52,867 bases of DNA from Thermoleophilia bacterium (GTDB lineage Bacteria; Actinomycetota; Thermoleophilia; Miltoncostaeales; Miltoncostaeaceae), in assembly GCA_037138115.1 (NCBI GenBank), contig JBAXJA010000001.1, forward strand, positions 1 to 52,867, read 5' to 3'. Position 1 is the stretch's first letter. Every line of letters begins with the position of its first letter. The notes under the pieces were generated by a model, which worked only from the letters and a program-made list of their open reading frames with translations, was not told where the DNA came from and searched no databases. This document shows positions 36,934-44,895 of the stretch, piece by piece. Position numbers and translations under genes: made by a program.

Positions 36934-36962
36934 CATCGCCCTGGCGGGTCCCTCCAGGTGGA

Positions 36963-37187
36963 TCAGCCCTGCAGGCCACCCGGGTCACCGGTACGGCCGA
37001 TGATCTTGCCACCGGCAACGTGCGCAAGATCCTCAAGCCAGCCGCCGAGGCGGGCGTAGTCCTTGTCGTCCGGCTCGAGGGTCGCGCGTGCGGCCTCGAC
37101 CTCGGCAGCGACCTCCTCCACATTCGTCTTGTTGGCAAGGGACACCCGGTCCCTGAGCTTGCTCTTCACTTCGCGCTCGAGCGGCAT
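36963..37187 (-). CDS. Small hypothetical protein (74 aa)
   Basis: The sequence is MPLEREVKSKLRDRVSLANKTNVEEVAAEVEAARATLEPDDKDYARLGGWLEDLAHVAGGKIIGRTGDPGGLQG. Hand-counted third-position GC is ~82%. It lies downstream of the two S8 peptidase genes on the same strand. An alternative upstream ATG at 37238 would give 91 aa. Confidence 0.55.
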   Translation of the reverse strand: MPLEREVKSKLRDRVSLANKTNVEEVAAEVEAARATLEPDDKDYARLGGWLEDLAHVAGGKIIGRTGDPGGLQG

Positions 37188-37278
37188 ATCCGTACCTCGT
37201 TCGGGGCTGTTGACGAGGGCGCGGCGCACCCCCTTCACGGGATTGTGCGAAAACTCGCAGCGATCCGCCCCGGAACGG

Positions 37279-39435
37279 CTACCGGCCGATCACGATCGCG
37301 TGGCGCGCGTGGGTCAGATGTCCTGCCCGGTCGGTGGCATCGAGGGCCACCGCGTAGCGGCCGGGGGGCACCAGGCCCAGCGGAATGCTCACCGGACCAG
37401 TGGCCGCGACGTCTGTCACGCGGTGGATGGGACGAGGGGATGCCCCGGTGAGTGTGATGGCCAGACGTACCGTCCCGTAGTCCCGAACGTCTACCAGCGC
37501 GTGCGCAATACGTGGCTGCCCGGCGGGAATGCGCGGGGTGGCGGCATCGGCCCGCTGCACCCGCAAACGACGCACACGCGGTTTGCGGGAGTCCACCGAG
37601 ACGTTCGCGCGGGTCGTTCCCGTGTTGCCCACCCAGTCGGTGGCCGAGATCTCCACCACGTGAGGACCATCGGGCAGTCGCGCCCGGCCGATCGTGACCG
37701 ACGGCGGGTTCTCGCCCCCATGACGCGCCACCTGGCGTCCATCCACCGACACCGCCCACTGCAGCAGGCGTGACGAATCCTGCACCGATGCCACAACGGG
37801 CAGCGGTGGCGTGGCAAATCGCGCCGCGAGGGCCATCCGCGACGCCGCGGACAGGCTGATGACCGGCGGGTCCACATCCATACGGATGCGACCCGCACCG
37901 AACGACATGTCGGGCCCCGGGTCGCCCAGATCAAGCGCATCGCCCATGAGGAGCGACTTCGCCGACACCGGATCAAGTGGTGCGCCCGCCGCCCGACGGG
38001 CACCGATGAGCAGCGCGAGGGCACCCGCCGCATTTGGCGCCGCGTTCGATGTTCCGCCCACCGACTTCGGTCCCGTGGCGGTGCTCACGCGCGTATTGGT
38101 AGGCGCGACCACATCGGGCTTCATGCGGCCGTCGTCGGTTGGGCCGCGTGACGAATACGCCTTGAGGGCGTTGTTCGACCAGTCCACCGCGCCCACAGTG
38201 ATGGCGCTCTCGGCGTCGCCTGGCGTGGGCACGCTCCCGGGCGCGGGATCGCCCAGACCATCAAGCATGACCTCGCGGGAGAACATCGTGAGGTCATCGC
38301 CCGGGGGCGGACCGGCCGCCAGGACCACGCGCAGGCGGAAGGTCCCGCCTGTGGGCGACAGATAGTTGGTGATGCGCTCCGACGATCGGGCACCGGTCAA
38401 TTGGCTGTCCCGTGAGCTGGCGACCTCGGTCCATGTGCCATCCGCCTCGCGGTGGTCAAGGGCCAGGTCAAGGTCGGTGATCTGGGCACCTTGGTCCTGG
38501 TTCCACGACAGCGCAAACGTGATGGGCGAGTTTGCCGCGGCGTCGAACGTCCACTCCCCGGTGGTCGGCCAGTCGAGCGTGTCGTCCTGATTGGCATCCG
38601 CCCACGGGCCCTGCCAGTGCTTCTCGGCGTAGTTGCCGGCGGAGTTGACCCAGCTGATCCCCGATGCACTCGCGCGATCAACGGCCTGCGCGGCGTCGCC
38701 GGTGCCGTCGAACGGCCCTTCGAGGAAGCTGTTGCTATGTACCACGACGTCGGGGTGGCGCTGGATAAGCCAATCCACCGCCGCCTGGAAATCCTGCTCC
38801 GTGTGGTAATTGACGAACACGAAGGTGGCCTTTGGCGCGTAGTCATAGACCGTCTGCGCCACCAGCTCGCCGTGGTTGGTGAGGTTGCCGTATGCATTGC
38901 GCCCCGCGATGCCATACGCCGAGTCGAAGCTCTGCATCTGGAGATGTGCAGCATCCGGCAGTTCCTTTGCGGCCTGGAGTGCCGGCATGCGCGTGCCACC
39001 GAAGCCCAGGTCGAGCACAGCGATGACAACGCCCTTCCCATCGTCAGCGAGGGGGCGGAGTGCGTCGGCCCCGATTCGCTCGATGCCCTCCGACAACACC
39101 GGTGCGTTCTTCGACCCGCCCGGGGCGGCGGCCCCCGGATCCTCTGGGTCGACGTCCGCATACGACGAAGGGGCGAGTGAGGCGGCGGCGACGCCCGGAA
39201 TAGCGCGAAGTAGCGGGATGCGCGCGCGCGAGGCAACCACCTGCAGATCGCGGCCGTCCCTGCGCACCACCCGGAGGGCCGATCGGCCGAGCGCCTGCTG
39301 CACGGCAGCGACCTGCCCCGGGGCCGCAGTGATGCTGATGGGTGCAGGGGGCCGCGGGCGAACTGCAGCAAGTACAGGCGCGGTGCACGTACCGGTCGCC
39401 AGCAGGGCGGCGGCGACCAGCGTGCCGCGCCTCAT
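37279..39435 (-). CDS. S8 family (subtilisin-like) serine peptidase with a C-terminal extension
   Basis: The catalytic triad contexts are VIAVLDLGF (D), TNHGELVA (H) and GGTSNAAPNAAG (S). A signal peptide (MRRGTLVAAALLATGTCTAPVLAA) is present. The C-terminal ~200 aa look beta-rich. I prefer ATG 39435, which forms an ATGA overlap with the upstream stop. The track start is 39447. Confidence 0.88.
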   Translation of the reverse strand: MRRGTLVAAALLATGTCTAPVLAAVRPRPPAPISITAAPGQVAAVQQALGRSALRVVRRDGRDLQVVASRARIPLLRAIPGVAAASLAPSSYADVDPEDPGAAAPGGSKNAPVLSEGIERIGADALRPLADDGKGVVIAVLDLGFGGTRMPALQAAKELPDAAHLQMQSFDSAYGIAGRNAYGNLTNHGELVAQTVYDYAPKATFVFVNYHTEQDFQAAVDWLIQRHPDVVVHSNSFLEGPFDGTGDAAQAVDRASASGISWVNSAGNYAEKHWQGPWADANQDDTLDWPTTGEWTFDAAANSPITFALSWNQDQGAQITDLDLALDHREADGTWTEVASSRDSQLTGARSSERITNYLSPTGGTFRLRVVLAAGPPPGDDLTMFSREVMLDGLGDPAPGSVPTPGDAESAITVGAVDWSNNALKAYSSRGPTDDGRMKPDVVAPTNTRVSTATGPKSVGGTSNAAPNAAGALALLIGARRAAGAPLDPVSAKSLLMGDALDLGDPGPDMSFGAGRIRMDVDPPVISLSAASRMALAARFATPPLPVVASVQDSSRLLQWAVSVDGRQVARHGGENPPSVTIGRARLPDGPHVVEISATDWVGNTGTTRANVSVDSRKPRVRRLRVQRADAATPRIPAGQPRIAHALVDVRDYGTVRLAITLTGASPRPIHRVTDVAATGPVSIPLGLVPPGRYAVALDATDRAGHLTHARHAIVIGR

Positions 39436-40886
39436 CGGCGCACCCATGTGCGCAGGAGTGTGGCGACATTGCCCGAGGCATCCTCAGCCACCACCTGTAT
39501 GCGGTGCCGACCGGAACGAAGCGCCGCAACCCGATAGCGCGCCAGAGGCCCGGCTTGGCGCCCAATCGCACGGCCATCCACGCTGACGACAACCGAGGTC
39601 ACCGTGCCGTCATCCATCGCGCGGGCGACAAGGAGGGGCTTCACGCCGCTCCCCACCGACACGCGCACCACGGGAGCGACGACGTCGACGCGCACCATTC
39701 CACGTCCGGTTGACGCATCGGGCCCCTTGGCACCGATGTCGCGTGCCCGGTCCAGCAGATCGGCACGCAGCGTGGCGGCGTCCACGGGCTGTCCCGCGCC
39801 GCTGCGCTGCTGGCGCAGCAGCGCAGCGGCGCCAGCCACGTGCGGTGTGGCCGCCGAGGTACCGGCGGTGCCCGGAAACGCCAGGTTCGCAGTGATGTAC
39901 GTGGGGCCCGTGATCTCGGGCTTCTGGCGGCCGTCCTCAGTGGGACCGAACGACGAGTAGTCCGGCACGGCCATGTCCGACCATGCCGCTGCACCGACCG
40001 TGAGCGACCCCGCGGCGTCACCCGGGGTGGCCACGCTGCCAGCGGCAACGGCGGCGGCGCCGAACCCGACCGTGCGCGAGAAGACATCAATCGGTACCTG
40101 GCCACCGGTGGTCTGCCGCACCACCACGCGCCAGATGCCACCGTCCACGGTCACCGGCGCTGTTCGACGCGTGGCGTCGGACAGCGCGACCTCAGCGAAC
40201 GTGCCGTCATCCAACTGGCGCTCCAGCGACACGGTCGCATTGACCCCGTCGCCGCTCCAGCCGATGCCAAACATCAGGGTCTCGTTGGGCTGCGGAGCGA
40301 TTGGAATGACGCTGCCGGCGGAGTCGGCAACCCCCCGCCAATGGCGCTTGGCAAAGTTGCCGGACGAGTTGATCCACAGCACGCCGGCCGCGGCAGCGCC
40401 GTCCACTGCGCGGGCGAGCGGGCCGGTGCCGTCGAATGGGCCCCCGAGCATTGAGTTGGAATGGGTCACGATGGGAATGCCATTCGCGGTGATCCACTCA
40501 ACCGCCTGCAGGAACTCGGCGTCGGAGTGGTAGTTCACAAGGATGAGGTGGGCGCCCGGTGCGACGTCGTGCACGATCTCGGCCATTCGGGTTCCATGTT
40601 CGGTGGGGGTGCCGAGGGAGTCGCGGCCGGCCAGGCCATTGGTGGCGTCGAATGATCGGACGTCCATCTGGTCAACCGATGGCAGTTCACCCATCATCAC
40701 CGAGGTGTCGAGACCGACAAACCCCTGGTCGAGGATGGCGACCGTCTGGCCCGACCCATCCACCCCATGCGCCCACAGCGCATCGGCTCCGATGCGGAAG
40801 ACACCCTGCGACACAAGTGCCTGGGCGCACGTTGCCGTGGCGGCCAGAACAAGGACGGCCACGATGCTCGCGAAACGGAGTGACAT
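39432..40886 (-). CDS. S8 family (subtilisin-like) serine peptidase, paralog of the downstream gene
   Basis: 484 aa. The signal peptide is MSLRFASIVAVLVLAATATCAQA. The triad contexts are VAILDQGF (D), TEHGTRMA (H) and AGTSAATPHVAGAAALL (S). Blocks shared with the paralog include PIVTHSNSMLGGPFDGTG / VVVHSNSFLEGPFDGTG. Confidence 0.9.
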   Translation of the reverse strand: MSLRFASIVAVLVLAATATCAQALVSQGVFRIGADALWAHGVDGSGQTVAILDQGFVGLDTSVMMGELPSVDQMDVRSFDATNGLAGRDSLGTPTEHGTRMAEIVHDVAPGAHLILVNYHSDAEFLQAVEWITANGIPIVTHSNSMLGGPFDGTGPLARAVDGAAAAGVLWINSSGNFAKRHWRGVADSAGSVIPIAPQPNETLMFGIGWSGDGVNATVSLERQLDDGTFAEVALSDATRRTAPVTVDGGIWRVVVRQTTGGQVPIDVFSRTVGFGAAAVAAGSVATPGDAAGSLTVGAAAWSDMAVPDYSSFGPTEDGRQKPEITGPTYITANLAFPGTAGTSAATPHVAGAAALLRQQRSGAGQPVDAATLRADLLDRARDIGAKGPDASTGRGMVRVDVVAPVVRVSVGSGVKPLLVARAMDDGTVTSVVVSVDGRAIGRQAGPLARYRVAALRSGRHRIQVVAEDASGNVATLLRTWVRR

Positions 40887-40950
40887 GCAGCCCGGGACCT
40901 AATCAGACCCGGCGGGCGTCACGCGAGCAGCCGGGCACGGGGGACCGTCA

Positions 40951-40977
40951 CCGGGAGCGCCACGCGGGCGCTCCCGG
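40951..40977 (-). terminator. Stem-loop just downstream of rplL (possible terminator or attenuator)
   Basis: The perfect 11-bp stem is ccgggagcgcc / ggcgctcccgg with a 5-nt loop. It lies 19 nt after the rplL stop. No U-tract follows it on the minus strand. Confidence 0.5.
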
Positions 40978-40995
40978 TTTCGGATACAGCAGTTG

Positions 40996-41370
40996 CTACG
41001 AGAGGGTGGCGCTGCCGCCGGCCTCTTCGATCTGGGTCTTGATCTGCTCTGCCTCGTCCTTGGTCACACCCTCCTTGATGGCACCAGGGGCGCCATCCAC
41101 GAGGTCCTTGGCCTCCTTGAGACCAAGGCCGGTGACTGCACGAACGACCTTGATGACCTGGATCTTCTTGTCGCCCGAACCCTCAAGCGTGACCGTGAAG
41201 GAGGTCTGCTCCTCGACGGCGGCAGCGGCAGCCGGTGCTGCAGCGGCCGGTGCTGCTGCTGCTGCGGCGCTCACGCCGAACGTCTCTTCGAGGGCCTTGA
41301 TGCGCTCGGACAGCTCGAGGACGGAAATTGCCTTGAGCTCGTCAATCCACTCGTCAGTACTCATCGCCAT
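40996..41370 (-). CDS. rplL: 50S ribosomal protein L7/L12
   Basis: The start is ATG 41370, giving 124 aa. The sequence runs [33 protein letters not shown], then an Ala/Pro hinge, then [27 protein letters not shown]. Confidence 0.97.
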   Translation of the reverse strand: MAMSTDEWIDELKAISVLELSERIKALEETFGVSAAAAAAPAAAAPAAAAAVEEQTSFTVTLEGSGDKKIQVIKVVRAVTGLGLKEAKDLVDGAPGAIKEGVTKDEAEQIKTQIEEAGGSATLS

Positions 41371-41374
41371 GTCT

Positions 41375-42154
41375 TCAGTCTCCTTCGGTGGTCTCGTCGG
41401 CAGCCGGCTCGGCGTCCGCGGTGTCATCGGCTGCCGGCTGCTGCGCGGCGTCCGTGCTGTCGTCGGTGGCCGGAGTCTCCTCGGCCACAGGTGTGTCGTC
41501 AGTCGTGTCAGCTGCGGGTGCCTCGGCCAGAGCGGCCGGGGTCTCCGGAGCGACGGGTGCCTCATCGGCGACCGGGGTGTCGGCTGCGGGTGCCTCGGCC
41601 ACAGCGGCCGGGGTCTCCGGAGCGACGGGTGCCTCGGACGCACGCTGGGCCTCGTATGCACCAAGTGCCCGGGCCAGGCCCGAGATGAGGCTGCCGAGTG
41701 CATTCGCCGTGCCCTGAATCGGGCTGGCGATGCCACTCACGAGGCGTGCATAGAGCTCCTGGCGAGGCGGCAGGGCGGCGAGCTGCTTGAGCTCCTCGCC
41801 CGAGATGGGGGCACCGTCGAGGATGCCGCCCTTCATGGACAGGCGATCGTCCGATGCCTTGGCGAACGTGTCGATTGCCTTTGCGACGGCCGCGGCATCC
41901 CCGTGTGCCCATACAAGCGCGGTCTGCCCCACGAGATACTCGAGGAGCGTCTCCGAGCCCGCTTCGGCACACGCGCGACGCGCGAGCGTGTTCTTGACGA
42001 CCTGGAACTGGCCATTCGCCTCGCGCAACATCGCGCGCAGGTCGTCCACTTCACGGACGCTCAGGCCATGGAATCCCGTCGCAATGACGGAGTCAGTTGC
42101 GTTGAGGCGCTCCGCGATATCCGCGATGGCCTCCGCCTTCTGTTCCCTGTTCAG
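41375..42154 (-). CDS. rplJ: 50S ribosomal protein L10 with a long acidic low-complexity C-terminal tail (start probably CTG)
   Basis: The conserved N-terminus (L/M)[42 protein letters not shown] begins at CTG 42154, which has AGGAGG 7 nt upstream. The only canonical in-frame start is ATG 42265, 37 codons upstream. That ATG sits in the loop of a predicted leader hairpin. The product is 259 aa from the CTG or 296 aa from the ATG. Confidence 0.9.
   Translation of the reverse strand: MNREQKAEAIADIAERLNATDSVIATGFHGLSVREVDDLRAMLREANGQFQVVKNTLARRACAEAGSETLLEYLVGQTALVWAHGDAAAVAKAIDTFAKASDDRLSMKGGILDGAPISGEELKQLAALPPRQELYARLVSGIASPIQGTANALGSLISGLARALGAYEAQRASEAPVAPETPAAVAEAPAADTPVADEAPVAPETPAALAEAPAADTTDDTPVAEETPATDDSTDAAQQPAADDTADAEPAADETTEGD
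41511..41654 (-). repeat. 72-nt tandem duplication inside the rplJ tail
   Basis: gctgcgggtgcctcggcca(g/c)agcggccggggtctccggagcgacgggtgcctc occurs at 41511 and again at 41583. About 53 nt are near-identical before the copies diverge. The repeat encodes [11 protein letters not shown](V/L)AEAPAADT twice. Confidence 0.85.
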
Positions 42155-42335
42155 TTCCTCACCTCCTCGTCTCTCCGCCGTGCAAGGGCGGGGCGTCAGA
42201 AGGCGACACGGGGCGATGTGCCCCGGCTGCTCCGTTGCTCCGTCCTCACACGGGTCGGGGCTCATGCCCCTGATTTACGGCGACCGGTTGGCCGCTCCCG
42301 TGATCTTCGGTCGGGTGCGTGTGGCGCGCGGCGGT
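42155..42335 (-). promoter_or_regulatory. Putative rplJ (L10) mRNA leader
   Basis: This is the 181-nt untranslated spacer between rplA and the rplJ core. Two similar hairpins are visible in the RNA sense: GGGGC-AUGA-GCCCC and GGGGC-ACAUC-GCCCC. It occupies the position where L10 autoregulatory leaders occur in other bacteria. I could not verify homology. Confidence 0.35.
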
Positions 42336-43052
42336 CTAGGCCGTCGCCTCCTGCAGCAGGTCCGACGTGATGGCCGGGTCAAGATCGATCCCGGGGCCCA
42401 TCGTCTGGGCGATGCTGATGGACTTGATGTACTTGCCCTTGGTCGCCGCCGGCTTGGCGCGCAGGATCTCTTCGAGCACCACGGCGTAGTTCTCGGTGAG
42501 CTGCTCCGCGGTAAAGGAGCGCTTGCCGATGCCGAGGTGCACGGTTCCCGTACGGTCGGTGCGGTACTCGACCTTGCCGCCCTGAATCTCGGCGACGGCC
42601 TTGGCCACGTCGAAGGTGACGGTGCCGGTCTTGGGGTTGGGCATCTTGCCGGAGGGGCCGAGCACGCGACCGAGGCGGCCCACGGCCACCATCATGTCGG
42701 GCGTTGCGATCGCGACGTCGAAGTCAGTGAAGCCCTCTTCGATCTTCTTCACCAGGTCCTCGCCACCGACAAACTCGGCGCCAGCTTCTTCAGCCTCGCG
42801 GGCCTTGTCGCCCTCGGCGAACACGGCGACGGTCATCTTGCGCCCGGTGCCGTGGGGAAGCGCGATGGTGCCGCGCAGCTGCTCCTCGGCATGACGGACA
42901 TTGACCGCGAGGCGGAAGTGCGCCTCAACTGTGGTGTCGAAGCGGGCGACCTCCTGGCTGACCAGAAGGCGGAAGCCGTCGAGCGGGGCGTAATTGCCGG
43001 CCGGGTCGATCTCGGCCTTGGCCGTGTCGTAGCGCTTGCCGTGCTTGGCCAT
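42336..43052 (-). CDS. rplA: 50S ribosomal protein L1
   Basis: 238 aa. [16 protein letters not shown]...[31 protein letters not shown] is canonical L1. Confidence 0.97.
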   Translation of the reverse strand: MAKHGKRYDTAKAEIDPAGNYAPLDGFRLLVSQEVARFDTTVEAHFRLAVNVRHAEEQLRGTIALPHGTGRKMTVAVFAEGDKAREAEEAGAEFVGGEDLVKKIEEGFTDFDVAIATPDMMVAVGRLGRVLGPSGKMPNPKTGTVTFDVAKAVAEIQGGKVEYRTDRTGTVHLGIGKRSFTAEQLTENYAVVLEEILRAKPAATKGKYIKSISIAQTMGPGIDLDPAITSDLLQEATA

Positions 43053-43056
43053 GTCT

Positions 43057-43482
43057 CTAGCCCTCCACCGTGACGCCCATGGATCGCGCGGTACCGGCGA
43101 TCATGGTGATTGCTGCGTCGATGTCATTTGCGTTCAGGTCCTGCATCTTGGTCTCGGCGATCTGCTGCAGCTGCGCGCGAGTGATGGAGGCGACCTTGTC
43201 GCGGTGCGGCTCGGCCGAACCCTTCTGCAACTTGATCGCGTCCTTGATCAGCACGGACGCCGGGGGCGTCTTCGTGATGAACGAGAAGGAGCGGTCCTCG
43301 TAGACGGAGATCTCGACGGGCGTGATGACGCCGCCGAGGTTCTGGGTCTGGGCGTTGAACGCCTTGCAGAACTCCATGATGTTGATGCTGGCACCACCCA
43401 ACGCGGGGCCCACCGGCGGTGCCGGCGAGGCGCCCCCTGCGGGGATGTGGAGCTTGATGATCTGCAGGACCTTCTGCGCCAT
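43057..43482 (-). CDS. rplK: 50S ribosomal protein L11
   Basis: 141 aa. [38 protein letters not shown] is canonical L11. Confidence 0.97.
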   Translation of the reverse strand: MAQKVLQIIKLHIPAGGASPAPPVGPALGGASINIMEFCKAFNAQTQNLGGVITPVEISVYEDRSFSFITKTPPASVLIKDAIKLQKGSAEPHRDKVASITRAQLQQIAETKMQDLNANDIDAAITMIAGTARSMGVTVEG

Positions 43483-43585
43483 TGTGGCGTGACCTTCCGT
43501 ATCGGGGCCGTCTCAGGCGGCCCGGGATCATACATTGATGCGGCAGAATGACCAGCGGGAGCGAAAACGCCCGCCGATGCCGCGC

Positions 43586-44128
43586 TTACGTGAGCTTCTT
43601 CACCTGATCGAATGACAGCTCGGCAGGCGTCTCGCGGCCGAAGATCGATACGAGCACCTTGACCCTGCCGGACTCGGAGTTGATCTCGGCAATTTCACCG
43701 GTGAAGTCCGACAGCGGGCCGGAGATGACCTTGATGCTCTCGCCCACCGTGAACTCGGCACGCACCTTCACGCGCGTCTCGGTGGCGGTGTGCAGCAGGC
43801 GGTCCACCTCTCCGGGCGTCAGCGGCGGCGGGCGGTGGTCGTCGTTCTTGGTGGCGCCCACGAAGCCCGTGACTCCCGGGGTGTTCTTCACGAGCGACCA
43901 GGCGTCGTCGTCGCCCATATCCATATTCACCAGAACGTACCCGGGGAGCGTACGGCGCTCGGTCTGGATCTTCTGGCCGTCCTTATTGGTCTCGACCACC
44001 TGCTCCGTCGGAATGACGATGCGGCGAATTGAGCTCTGGCGCCCCATCGTGACGATGCGGCGTTCGATGTTGGCCTGGACCTTCTTCTCGTGGCCCGAAT
44101 ACGTGTTGATGACATACCAGCGCAGCAA
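43586..44128 (-). CDS. nusG: Transcription termination/antitermination factor NusG
   Basis: 180 aa. The NGN domain begins WYVINTYSGHEKKV, and a C-terminal KOW motif (FTVGESIKVISGPLSDFTGEIAEIN) is present. Confidence 0.96.
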   Translation of the reverse strand: MLRWYVINTYSGHEKKVQANIERRIVTMGRQSSIRRIVIPTEQVVETNKDGQKIQTERRTLPGYVLVNMDMGDDDAWSLVKNTPGVTGFVGATKNDDHRPPPLTPGEVDRLLHTATETRVKVRAEFTVGESIKVISGPLSDFTGEIAEINSESGRVKVLVSIFGRETPAELSFDQVKKLT

Positions 44129-44136
44129 AGAATCTC

Positions 44137-44493
44137 CTAGAAGATGGCGTCGATGAGCGCGCTCATCAGTGTGTCGATGACGCCGAGGTAAATCGCGACG
44201 ACGGCGACGAAGATGATGACAACGGCCGTGGCCTGGAACAACTGTGCCCGGTTCGGCCAGGTCACCTTCTTCAACTCAATGATGACCTCGCCGAGGAAGC
44301 GTCGGCTACGCCCCTCCTGCACAGACTTCGTCACCGATCCGGGCTTGTCGGTCTTTGGCTGGCGGCGGGGGCGTGTTTGGGCCTTCCGCTCGCCGTCAGA
44401 CTTCTTTGGCTTTTTCGCAGGGACGGGCGGCTCAGCGCCGCCCGGGCCGGGCTCGCCGGAGTCCTGCCCCTTTGAGGGTCGGATACGTGCCAT
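44137..44493 (-). CDS. secE: Preprotein translocase subunit SecE
   Basis: 118 aa. A basic and Pro-rich N-terminus is followed by FLGEVIIELKKVTWPNRAQL and a single TM helix. The gene lies between tRNA-Trp and nusG. Confidence 0.93.
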   Translation of the reverse strand: MARIRPSKGQDSGEPGPGGAEPPVPAKKPKKSDGERKAQTRPRRQPKTDKPGSVTKSVQEGRSRRFLGEVIIELKKVTWPNRAQLFQATAVVIIFVAVVAIYLGVIDTLMSALIDAIF

Positions 44494-44530
44494 CTGTTCG
44501 GCGTCTACTCGTTCGTCGCGGTCCGGTGGA

Positions 44531-44603
44531 CAGGGCCGGAGGGACTTGAACCCCCAACCCCCGGTTTTGGAGACCGGTGCTCTACCAATTGAGCTACGAC
44601 CCT
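44531..44603 (-). tRNA. trnW: tRNA-Trp (anticodon CCA)
   Basis: The reverse complement reads AGGGTCGTAGCTCAATTGGTAGAGCACCGGTCTCCAAAACCGGGGGTTGGGGGTTCAAGTCCCTCCGGCCCTG. It has a 7-bp acceptor stem, a CUCCAAA anticodon loop and a GGTTCAAGT T-loop. The 3' CCA is not encoded. Its position before secE is the classic one. Confidence 0.93.
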
Positions 44604-44637
44604 CTGTCCCGTATGCCGGTTGCCCGGCGGGAAATGC

Positions 44638-44802
44638 TTACCGCGTCTCGCGGTGCTCCGTGTGTCGGCCACACCAGCGGCAGTACTTCGACAGGGACAC
44701 GCGGTCGGGCGTGTTGCGCCTGCTCTTATTCGACTGGTAGTTGCGCCTCTTGCAGTCCTGGCATGCCAGGGTCACGGCGATGCGCTGGCCGGTCTTACCC
44801 AC
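44638..44802 (-). CDS. rpmG: 50S ribosomal protein L33 (zinc-binding form)
   Basis: The start is GTG 44802 with GGAGG 7 nt upstream, giving 54 aa. The sequence (M)[53 protein letters not shown] contains CxxC...CxxC. Confidence 0.93.
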   Translation of the reverse strand: MGKTGQRIAVTLACQDCKRRNYQSNKSRRNTPDRVSLSKYCRWCGRHTEHRETR

Positions 44803-44895
44803 AGGGAAGCCTCCGGTTGCTTGCGGGGGCGGGAAGGTACCACAGCGCCGCGCTGGGGTTCTGCGGGCCTGCCCGAAGCCCGGTAGCCTCGCACC

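Noticed and set aside
40559-42370. A 603-aa plus-strand ORF.
   Set aside because: It spans the antisense of the S8 peptidase 5' end, rplL and rplJ. It is low-complexity and Arg-rich. It is a shadow ORF.
43483-43585. A possible L11/L1 regulatory leader or nusG terminator in the nusG-rplK spacer.
   Set aside because: Only a weak 6-bp hairpin (gggccg/cggccc) is present. I cannot demonstrate similarity to the L1-binding site without a covariance search.
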